A stretch of DNA of 55,019 bases. It comes from Campylobacteraceae bacterium. Its GTDB lineage: Bacteria; Campylobacterota; Campylobacteria; Campylobacterales; Sulfurovaceae. The notes beneath the pieces are model-generated. The model searched no databases. It saw only the letters and a list, made by a program, of their open reading frames with translations, and was not told where the DNA came from. Location: assembly GCA_026983875.1 (NCBI GenBank), contig JALSTG010000089.1, positions 1-55,019 of the forward strand. Reading direction: 5' to 3'. Below, piece by piece: positions 47,232-55,019 of this stretch. Numbering within the stretch: the stretch's first letter is position 1; the number at the start of each line of letters is the position of its first letter. A program made the translations under genes and the position numbers.

Positions 47232-49580
47232 ATGGCCATAGATAAAACCATTTACGAAAAAGCCGGACTTTTCTATCTGGGTAGGGATGTAGATCCCCAG
47301 ACCATGGAACCGACCGACATTCTGACGCTACTGAAAAACAAAAACCTCACGACCCATGCCGCCATCATCGGGATGACCGGCAGCGGGAAAACGGGACTGG
47401 GAATCGGCCTGATTGAAGAGGCGGCCATTGACAACATCCCGGCTATCGTCATCGACCCCAAGGGCGACATGGGGGATCTTCTACTCACAGACCCCGATTT
47501 CCGCCCCGAGAGCTTCCTCCCCTGGGTTGAAGAGGAGGCCAAAGCCAAAGACGAAGATCCGATGACCCTGGCGAAAAAGACTGCCGAAACCTGGAAAAAG
47601 GGGATAGAAAGCTGGGGGCAGGACAAGGAGCGTGTCGCCAGATTTCAGGCCGTAGCCAAGACGATCTATACTCCCGGCAGCCAGGCGGGTATCCCCATCA
47701 ATCTGATGAGTTCCCTCGAGCTTCCCCCCGAAGCGATCCTCCAAGACGGTGACGATTACGCCGCCTATCTCAAGAGTACCGTCAGCGGACTTTTGGCTCT
47801 GCTGGATATCGAAGCCGATCCTCTCAACTCCAAGGAGTACATCCTCCTGGCTCAAATCATCTCCCATGCATGGAGCACCGGAGAGAGCCTCTCCCTGGAG
47901 AATCTTGTAGGGCAGATCGTCAATCCCCCCTTTAAAAAGATCGGTGTCCTACCGCTGGAGAGTTTCTGTCCCCAGAAAGAGCGCTTCGGCTTCGCCACCC
48001 GCTTCAATGCCGTCATCGCCTCTCCGGACTTTGTCAACTGGCTCAGCGGGGAGAGCCTCGACATTCAGCGGCTTCTATACGACGAGGAGGGCAAAGCGAA
48101 AATCGCCATCTTTACTCTCGCTCACCTCAGCGACGAGCAGCGCATGTTCTTCGTCACCCTGCTTCTGAACAAATATATCGCCTGGATGCGGATGCAAAGC
48201 GGCTCCACCCGCTTGAGAAACATTCTCTATATGGACGAAATCTACGGCTTCTTCCCCCCGGTAAAAAATCCTCCCTCCAAAGAGCCGATGATCCTTCTGC
48301 TCAAGCAGGCCCGTGCTTTCGGCACCGGCATCGTATTGAGTACCCAAAACCCCGTCGACCTGGACTACAAGGGACTCTCCAATATCGGGACCTGGTTCGT
48401 CGGCCGCCTCCAAACCCGCCAGGATATCGAGAGGGTCATCGACGGGCTGGGAGGCAAAAGCGACGAGGGTCTCTCCCGGGAGCAGATCGCCAAGCTCTTG
48501 GCCAATCTTCCCAAGCGGACCTTTTTCCTCAAAAGCGCCCACCTCGACTCCATCCGGCTTTTTGGCACACGCTGGGTCATGAGCTACCTCAAAGGCCCCC
48601 TGAAAAAAGCGGAGATCAGCCGTCTCATGGCCCCACTGAAAGAAGAGGAGGAGATCCCGGCCTCCGCACCGGCACGCCAAAAGTCCCGAGACGGTTTCGG
48701 GCCCGCACCGGTCCTGGATCCATCGATCATCCAGCACTTCGAACCCGACCCCACGGGAGCCCACCGGTATCGGCCGACCCTCGCCGCCCATGCCGAAGTA
48801 GAGTACCATGACCGGCGCAAAGGAATCGATCATAGCCGCCGTCTCTCGCTCTGGCTCCCCCTTGAAGCACAGATGCAGGAAGCAGATTGGCAGGAAGCTC
48901 AACACGAAGAGCTTCCCTTCGAGCGATGGCCTGCCAAAGCCCCCCGGGGCGCCCGCTTTGCGGCACTGCCCTCCTTCATCAGTACCGACCGGGCGCTCAA
49001 ACGCTCCGCTGCGGCCTTGGTAGATACCCTCTACCGCGACGAGGCCCTGATCCTCTACCGTTGCCGTAAACTCAAGCTCGAATCGTCGCCGGAAGAGTTG
49101 GAAGCCGACTTTCTCGTCCGAGTCCGAAACGCCCTCGACGATCTCAAGGAGGAAGCGATCGAAGAGCTCAAGGAGCGCTACGGGAAAAAAGAAGCCCGTC
49201 TCCAGGAGCAGCTACGTCGGGCCCAGGAACGCATCGAGAAAGAGAAGACTGATCAGACCAGCTCCCTGATCAGCGTCGGCGCATCGATACTCGGGGCGCT
49301 CTTTGGGGGCAGGGGACTCTCGGCCTCCAAAATCGGCACCGCCATCAATCGCAGCGGCCGCGTCCTGAGAGAACGGGGAGATCTCACCAGAGCCGAGACC
49401 AAACTCCAGGAGATTCAAGAAAAAATCGAGGCCCTGGAAGAGGAACTGGCCGAGAAGATCGATGCCATTGACGAAAAGTACACCCTGGACAACTATCCCG
49501 TCGAGACCTTCTCCCTCCGCCCCAAAAAGAACGACATCTCCGTCGAAACGATTGCTCTGGCCTGGAGACCCGAGCTCTGA
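47232..49580 (+). CDS. HerA/FtsK-superfamily ATPase (DUF87/DUF853-like) with C-terminal coiled coil
   Basis: HAAIIGMTGSGKT, VIDPKGD, YMDEIYG, KQARAFG, STQNPVDLDYK. Confidence 0.88.
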   Translation: MAIDKTIYEKAGLFYLGRDVDPQTMEPTDILTLLKNKNLTTHAAIIGMTGSGKTGLGIGLIEEAAIDNIPAIVIDPKGDMGDLLLTDPDFRPESFLPWVEEEAKAKDEDPMTLAKKTAETWKKGIESWGQDKERVARFQAVAKTIYTPGSQAGIPINLMSSLELPPEAILQDGDDYAAYLKSTVSGLLALLDIEADPLNSKEYILLAQIISHAWSTGESLSLENLVGQIVNPPFKKIGVLPLESFCPQKERFGFATRFNAVIASPDFVNWLSGESLDIQRLLYDEEGKAKIAIFTLAHLSDEQRMFFVTLLLNKYIAWMRMQSGSTRLRNILYMDEIYGFFPPVKNPPSKEPMILLLKQARAFGTGIVLSTQNPVDLDYKGLSNIGTWFVGRLQTRQDIERVIDGLGGKSDEGLSREQIAKLLANLPKRTFFLKSAHLDSIRLFGTRWVMSYLKGPLKKAEISRLMAPLKEEEEIPASAPARQKSRDGFGPAPVLDPSIIQHFEPDPTGAHRYRPTLAAHAEVEYHDRRKGIDHSRRLSLWLPLEAQMQEADWQEAQHEELPFERWPAKAPRGARFAALPSFISTDRALKRSAAALVDTLYRDEALILYRCRKLKLESSPEELEADFLVRVRNALDDLKEEAIEELKERYGKKEARLQEQLRRAQERIEKEKTDQTSSLISVGASILGALFGGRGLSASKIGTAINRSGRVLRERGDLTRAETKLQEIQEKIEALEEELAEKIDAIDEKYTLDNYPVETFSLRPKKNDISVETIALAWRPEL

Positions 49581-49674
49581 GCCGCCTTGATAGGCTCACT
49601 TCAGCTTCCTTCGGTATAATACCGTCCCATTTTCTATCTCTATAGGAATGAATGTCATTACGAAAGGACCAACG

Positions 49675-49866
49675 ATGCCCAAAATGAAAAGCGTCAAGGG
49701 CGCCGTCAAACGCTTCAAGGTCAAGAAGAGCGGCAAGATCAAGCGGGGAACCGCCTACCGCAGCCACATCCTGACCAAAGTCGACGGCAAGCATCACCGC
49801 CAGATGCGCAAACCCAAATATGTGGACAAGGCCGACGCCAAGAACATCAAAGAGATGATCGCCTAA
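49675..49866 (+). CDS. rpmI: 50S ribosomal protein L35
   Basis: MPKMKS...KRFK...SHILTK; own TATAAT at 49615-49620. Confidence 0.97.
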   Translation: MPKMKSVKGAVKRFKVKKSGKIKRGTAYRSHILTKVDGKHHRQMRKPKYVDKADAKNIKEMIA

Positions 49867-49968
49867 AGCGGCGATCCCGATATGCTCCCCCGATCAGGGG
49901 CAAGTTCGGGCAGAGAGAATGCCCGACACCGAAATTTGCAGAAAAATTTACGGTAAAGGAAAGCAACC

Positions 49969-50325
49969 ATGCGTGTAAAAAACGGTATGACCCGGCATCG
50001 CCGGCACAAGAAACTCCTCAAGCAGGCCCGCGGTTTCTATAGCGGACGCCGCAAGCATTTCAGAAAGGCCAAAGAGCAACTTGAGCGCTCTTTGGTCTAT
50101 GCCTATAGAGACAGAAGACAGCGCAAGCGCGACTTCCGCAAACTCTGGATCATCCGGATCAACGCGGCTGCCCGCCTGAACGATATGAACTACTCCCGCT
50201 TCATGCACGGCCTCAAACTCGCCGGCATTGAACTGGATCGCAAAATCCTGGCCGACATGGCCATGAATGATCCTGCTGCCTTCAGCAAGGTAGCAGAAGC
50301 TTCCAAAGCCGCTCTCGCCTCCTAG
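49969..50325 (+). CDS. rplT: 50S ribosomal protein L20
   Basis: [26 protein letters not shown]...[10 protein letters not shown]. Confidence 0.98.
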   Translation: MRVKNGMTRHRRHKKLLKQARGFYSGRRKHFRKAKEQLERSLVYAYRDRRQRKRDFRKLWIIRINAAARLNDMNYSRFMHGLKLAGIELDRKILADMAMNDPAAFSKVAEASKAALAS

Positions 50326-50357
50326 GCGGGATACCTTATTAAGGTCGTTCAAGCCCC

Positions 50358-50897
50358 TCAGGGCGTTTTGAGAGACTTTTCCAGCTCTTCTCCCAGAATT
50401 TTCATTGCCTCACCCCAAACTTTCAGAAAGTTTTTCGTCTTGTTCAGATCGATCTCCACCTTATCCTTCTCAATATGGATTCCGATATCTTTCACTCCCG
50501 ACGTATGCTCTCTGGCCCGTTGTACTCCCCGATCTGCGCCGGCGTTAAGCTGGGCACCTATCGTCTGGAAAAACTCTCGGGTTTTTCGGGTATCGATGCG
50601 TATCTCTCCTTCTCCGACTTCGATACCCATCTGATCAAGTAGTTTTCTCTTAGAAGGAGGAGGAGCAGAGGAGGTGCTTGGAGGAGTCGCTGAGCCCGAT
50701 GATGCCGTCCGCAGCAGCCTTGGAGTCGTCACGGGATGCGGCTCTTGCGACGGCGCAGCCGTCACGCCTTTTATACCGGGGGTCACCGTCCCCCGAAGAA
50801 CCGATATCGCTTCTTGACCATTGTCTTGTCGATCCTTGCATCCAACCGACAGAACAAGCAACACAGGGAGCATAATCCCTATCCATCCACTCCTCAT
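50358..50897 (-). CDS. Hypothetical lipoprotein with an internally duplicated C-terminal motif
   Basis: Lipobox SVGC, Pro/Ser/Thr linker, two copies of GI-x(5)-I-ID-x-KT-x-xF. Confidence 0.75.
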   Translation of the reverse strand: MRSGWIGIMLPVLLVLSVGCKDRQDNGQEAISVLRGTVTPGIKGVTAAPSQEPHPVTTPRLLRTASSGSATPPSTSSAPPPSKRKLLDQMGIEVGEGEIRIDTRKTREFFQTIGAQLNAGADRGVQRAREHTSGVKDIGIHIEKDKVEIDLNKTKNFLKVWGEAMKILGEELEKSLKTP

Positions 50898-51138
50898 ACC
50901 TCTCCTTTTCTCCTGTAGGTTTGTTCTATTTTACACTGCCGGTGATTATCGGAGGATTAACCCACTATTGATAGTTCGTTGACAAGATCATGATATAGTT
51001 TCGTCCCTCTGGCTCGACCACATACAAAGCCAAGCCAGTCACTATTGAAAAGCAAAACGTCTCTATGCTATACTTTGATGAGTAGTAATATTATTTAGTA
51101 TTGACAAAGGGGCCAAGACGCAAAGGATAGAAAGAAAA

Positions 51139-52866
51139 ATGAAACGATTACTGATAATCATAGCCCTGGCGGCAGGACCGATACTGCTAAATGCAGCGCA
51201 TACACCGCAAAAAAGTAAAAATACTCTCTACGTAGTTAAGCCTGGCGATACCTTGTCCGGAATCGCACAAAAGTTCCATACCAGTATCACGGCCTTGAAA
51301 AAAGCAAACAAGCTGGCCGACGAAGCGCTGCTTCACCCGGGACAAAATCTAAAGATACCCGATCAGCCCCGCCGGGAAATAAAGATTGCCGCCAAGAAGA
51401 AAAAAGCTCAAAAGCCAAAGGTAAATCGACAAAGCAGACACTCAACGGAAGAGATCTACAAAGTCCATGCAGGCGACACCCTCTCATCTATCGCACTGGA
51501 GCAGGGCGTCAGCCTGCAAGCCCTTCTCGACACCAATAAAATCAAGGCCGATACCCCGATTCGAGTAGGTCAGGAGCTGAAGATTCCGGGCAAAAGTCGA
51601 CGAAAAACTATCGAAAAGGTTTCGAGAGTCAAAAAGAAAAGCTCACCAAAAACGGAAAAAGCACAAACCGTTCACACCGTAGAATACGGAGACACTCTAT
51701 TTTCCATTGCTCGGAAATATCACACCCCCCTCAAAGATCTCATGGCGCTCAACGGCATCGCCCCGACCGATGTGATTCACCCGGGAGAGAAGCTGAAAAT
51801 CCCCGGAACCACCTACCAGGTCAAAAATAGCAAAACCGGCAATGGAGGAAAGGCAGCCGCCAAGAGAGTTGTCTCGAAGAAAAAGGCGGCTCCGGAGTCT
51901 CCCCGAGAAAAAGCGATGATCTATACCGTACGTCACGGAGATACCCTCTGGAAAATTGCCAAAAAACACAAAGTCACCATCGCCCAGATCCGTCGCCTCA
52001 ATAAGCTGAAGCGAAAAGAGATGCTGCACACGGGGATGAAACTCCTCATCAAAGAGGGGAGCACACCGAAACTGGCGCAAAAAAGCAAAAAAGCTCCCAT
52101 CAAAACAACCGCAAAAACATATACCGTTAAAAAAGGTGATACCCTTTGGGAGATCGCCAAGCGTCACAAAACAAGCGTCGCCCAATTAAGAAAACTCAAC
52201 AAAATGGGACGCGGCGACATTATTCACACCGGGATGAAGCTCACCGTTGGCTACACAAAGGTCCCGCCCACCCGTATCGCCCAAAAGGCCCAAAAAGCCA
52301 AGGAGAAGAAAAAACTCGTCGCCGCCAAAAAAGCGAAGAAAAAAAGGGCCATGAAAGCCAAAACCCGCGTCGCGGCACACACCGTCAAAAAATCCAAAAG
52401 GGGCTCTCGAAAACGAAAAGCCGACCGGCGAATCAGCAGTGCCCTGGCGGCCCTCAATAGCAAAGGATCGAGCGGCCGCAGCGGGGGAGGGGACTACAAT
52501 GTTATCCGCACCGCCAAACGCTACCTGGGTCGCCGCTATGTCTGGGGAGCAGAAGGGCCCAGCAGCTTCGACTGCTCCGGTTTCACCCAGTATGTCATGC
52601 GCAAGGCCAAGGGTGTCAAACTTCCCCGGGTTTCCCGCAAACAGGCCTATTACGGCAAATACGTCACCCGCAGCCAGCTCAAGCCGGGAGATCTGATCTT
52701 CTTCGATACCTCGCGTCGTCGACGAGGCTATGTCAACCATGTCGGGATCTATATAGGCAACAACAAGTTCATCCATGCCAGCAGTGCCCGTCACCGCGTC
52801 GTCATCACGAGTCTCAACCGTCCCTTCTACCGGGCACGTTTCAAATGGGGAAGAAGAGTCAACTAA
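51139..52866 (+). CDS. LysM (x5) + NlpC/P60 peptidoglycan endopeptidase
   Basis: Signal peptide, five GDTL..IA LysM repeats, YVWG...FDCSGF...HVGIY...FIHAS. Confidence 0.95.
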   Translation: MKRLLIIIALAAGPILLNAAHTPQKSKNTLYVVKPGDTLSGIAQKFHTSITALKKANKLADEALLHPGQNLKIPDQPRREIKIAAKKKKAQKPKVNRQSRHSTEEIYKVHAGDTLSSIALEQGVSLQALLDTNKIKADTPIRVGQELKIPGKSRRKTIEKVSRVKKKSSPKTEKAQTVHTVEYGDTLFSIARKYHTPLKDLMALNGIAPTDVIHPGEKLKIPGTTYQVKNSKTGNGGKAAAKRVVSKKKAAPESPREKAMIYTVRHGDTLWKIAKKHKVTIAQIRRLNKLKRKEMLHTGMKLLIKEGSTPKLAQKSKKAPIKTTAKTYTVKKGDTLWEIAKRHKTSVAQLRKLNKMGRGDIIHTGMKLTVGYTKVPPTRIAQKAQKAKEKKKLVAAKKAKKKRAMKAKTRVAAHTVKKSKRGSRKRKADRRISSALAALNSKGSSGRSGGGDYNVIRTAKRYLGRRYVWGAEGPSSFDCSGFTQYVMRKAKGVKLPRVSRKQAYYGKYVTRSQLKPGDLIFFDTSRRRRGYVNHVGIYIGNNKFIHASSARHRVVITSLNRPFYRARFKWGRRVN

Positions 52867-52973
52867 GAGTTAAGAGTTAAGAGTTAAGAGTTAAGAGTTA
52901 AGAGTTAAGAGTTAAGAGTTAAGAGTTAAGAGTTAAGAGTTAAGAGTTAAGAGTTAAGAGTTAAGAGTTAAGA
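52864..52973. repeat. Heptamer tandem repeat (TAAGAGT)x15 plus a partial copy
   Basis: Read directly; starts at the TAA stop of the LysM gene. Confidence 0.97.
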
Positions 52974-52984
52974 AATTTTACATG

Positions 52985-53004
52985 ACTTGACAGTTTTGTC
53001 AAGT
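52985..53004. terminator. Inverted repeat between convergent genes
   Basis: ACTTGACA-GTTT-TGTCAAGT. Confidence 0.4.
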
Positions 53005-53048
53005 TGCAGAGCGTTGTTCTTCTTCATCCGGAGGAGGGCCGCCGGTAG

Positions 53049-54731
53049 TCAATCTGCGGTCAAGACCGCACCCCGGCTGGCGTTGGTCACCAGTGCACGG
53101 TACTGACGAAGCCAGCGACTCTCGAGGGGTTTGACCTTCGGCGTGAATTCGGCTCTGCGTCGGGCAATCTCCTCATCGCTCAGTCGCACCTCCAAGATAT
53201 ATCGGTCCACATCGATGTGAATCTCGTCTCCGTCCTGCAGCAGGCCGATCATGCCCCCCTCGGCCGCCTCGGGAGAGACATGACCGATGCTGGCCCCCCG
53301 AGTCGCCCCGCTGAAGCGACCGTCGGTAATCAGCGCCACTTTGTCCCCAAGACCCATACCCATAATGAGACTGGTCGGTGCAAGCATCTCCTGCATACCC
53401 GGTCCACCTCTGGGACCCTCGTAGCGGATCACCACCACGTGACCGGGCTTGACCTTGCCGGCGGTAATTCCCTCGATCGCCTCCTGCTGAGAGTCAAAGC
53501 AGATTGCTTTGCCGGTGAAGACCCGGTCTCCGACGATCCCGGCGGTCTTAATCACCGCTCCCTCTTCGGCGAGATTGCCGAAGAGGATCGCCAGACCGCC
53601 TACTTCGGAGTAGGGGTTCTCGATAGGATGAATGATCTCGGGATCAAGGATTCGCGCCTCGGCAATTCGTTCATAGAGGCTTTCCCCGGTCACGGTGGGA
53701 TTATCGAGCAGGATATCCTCGCCCCGTTTTTTCATCTCATGCATCACCGCCGAAACCCCTCCGGCCTTGTTGATGTCCTCCATGTGGACCGTACTTAGAG
53801 AAGGGGAAATCTTGGCGATATGGCTGACCCGTTTACTGATACGGTTGATATCAGCGATATCAAACTTTACGCCGGCTTCGTCAGCGATAGCCAACATATG
53901 CAAAACGGTATTGGAGCTGCCTCCCATCGCCATATCGACGGCAAAGGCGTTATGGACCGCCTTGTCGTTGAGAATATTGCGGATATTGAAGCGCTCCGGT
54001 CGTTCACTGAGGGCGATCTCACAGATACGGCGGGCCGCTTTGCGGTAGAGCTCCTCACGCTCGGGAGTCAATGCCAGGATCGTCCCGTTGCCTGGCAGGG
54101 CGATTCCCATGGCTTCCATCAGAGTGTTCATACTGTTGGCGGTAAACATGCCGGAACAGCTTCCCCCGCTGGGGCAGGCGTTGCACTCGATCTCCGTGAG
54201 CTTCACTTCGTCAATCTCCCCGGCTTCATACTGTCCCACTGCCTCGAAAGCCGTCGCCAGATCGATGGGCGTTCCGTCGCTCAAATGCCCTGCCGCCATG
54301 GGACCGCCGCTGACGAAAACCGTCGGCACGTTGACCCGCAGGGCCCCCATGATCATTCCCGGCACGATCTTGTCGCAATTGGGAATAGCAATCATCGCAT
54401 CAAGTTTGTGGGCATTCATCACCGTCTCGATAGAGTTGGCGATGATTTCCCGGCTAGGAAGTGAGTAGAGCATTCCATCATGTCCCATGGCAATACCGTC
54501 ATCCACGCCGATGGTATTGAACTCAAAGGGCACACAGCCCGCCGCCCAGATCTCCTCCTTGATAATCTCGGCAACTTTGTTGAGAAAATAGTGTCCGGGA
54601 ATCAGCTCGATGAAGGAGTTGGCTACTCCGATAAACGGCTTGTCAAAATCTTCATCCTTGAGCCCCGTCGCCCGAAGCAGACTTCGGTGAGGCGCGCGGT
54701 TATACCCTTTTTTTACTTCGTCACTGCGCAT
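53049..54731 (-). CDS. ilvD: Dihydroxy-acid dehydratase
   Basis: [47 protein letters not shown]. Confidence 0.98.
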   Translation of the reverse strand: MRSDEVKKGYNRAPHRSLLRATGLKDEDFDKPFIGVANSFIELIPGHYFLNKVAEIIKEEIWAAGCVPFEFNTIGVDDGIAMGHDGMLYSLPSREIIANSIETVMNAHKLDAMIAIPNCDKIVPGMIMGALRVNVPTVFVSGGPMAAGHLSDGTPIDLATAFEAVGQYEAGEIDEVKLTEIECNACPSGGSCSGMFTANSMNTLMEAMGIALPGNGTILALTPEREELYRKAARRICEIALSERPERFNIRNILNDKAVHNAFAVDMAMGGSSNTVLHMLAIADEAGVKFDIADINRISKRVSHIAKISPSLSTVHMEDINKAGGVSAVMHEMKKRGEDILLDNPTVTGESLYERIAEARILDPEIIHPIENPYSEVGGLAILFGNLAEEGAVIKTAGIVGDRVFTGKAICFDSQQEAIEGITAGKVKPGHVVVIRYEGPRGGPGMQEMLAPTSLIMGMGLGDKVALITDGRFSGATRGASIGHVSPEAAEGGMIGLLQDGDEIHIDVDRYILEVRLSDEEIARRRAEFTPKVKPLESRWLRQYRALVTNASRGAVLTAD

Positions 54732-54846
54732 AGCGATCCTTTTTCAGCTTGTAATGATCGGATTATATCACAGGGCAGCTACTGAAAAGTCGCCGTCGTT
54801 GCTCTTTAAAAAAAACTTTGCTATAATCCCACTCCGCATTTAAGGT

Positions 54847-54921
<75 letters not shown>

Positions 54922-54981
54922 TCAGAGCGATAAAAGATCTTTCATAAAGCGTATTGAATATCCTAATTTGGTCTTCTCGGA

Positions 54982-55019
54982 GCCCGGATGGTGAAATCGG
55001 TAGACACAGGGGACTTAAA
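54982..55019 (+). tRNA. tRNA-Leu(TAA), truncated by the window edge
   Basis: GCCCGGATGGTGAAATCGGTAGACACAGGGGAC-TTAAA; Leu-type D arm and CT-TAA-A loop. Confidence 0.88.

Noticed and set aside
52864-52973. Possible CRISPR array (also 8397-8442)
   Set aside because: Pure 7-bp tandem units with no spacers, and no cas genes in the window.

Overview
This is a chromosomal window of a fairly GC-rich Campylobacterota (epsilonproteobacterial) genome. Gene content and order suggest a Sulfurovaceae/Nitratifractor-like hydrogen oxidiser (inference). From left to right it holds: the S10-spc ribosomal protein operon (minus strand, with an L22 carrying a C-terminal helix-hairpin-helix extension); SRP RNA, tRNA-Ser, tilS and a peroxiredoxin; a five-tRNA cluster; and a ~20 kb [NiFe]-hydrogenase locus (hypAEDCB, an ECF-type Ni/Co transporter, hypF, hydE/D/C/B/A, and a TetR gene coupled to a cytoplasmic group-2-type hydrogenase). 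Core genes follow (nrdA, purB, rlmN, hisF, rsmA, rnj, kdsD, rarA, rpmI-rplT, ilvD, tRNAs), with two parS palindromes suggesting the region is origin-proximal. Signals not explained by routine annotation: (i) one 14-bp palindrome (TGAATGACTATTCA) sits just downstream of the predicted -10 box of both the Ni-transport/hyp operon and the uptake-hydrogenase operon, pointing to a repressor circuit, possibly TetR plus a sensory-type hydrogenase; (ii) an apparently domesticated IS1595-like zinc-ribbon/HTH protein is divergent from the Ni transporter; (iii) a complete integron gene cassette (attC plus matching core site) with no integrase sits inside the hydrogenase locus, next to a frameshifted MNT-HEPN module; (iv) two small ORFs missed by the ORF track; (v) two heptamer tandem repeats that begin at stop codons; (vi) candidate leaderless transcripts. 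All calls rest on reading the sequence and recognising motifs; no searches were run.
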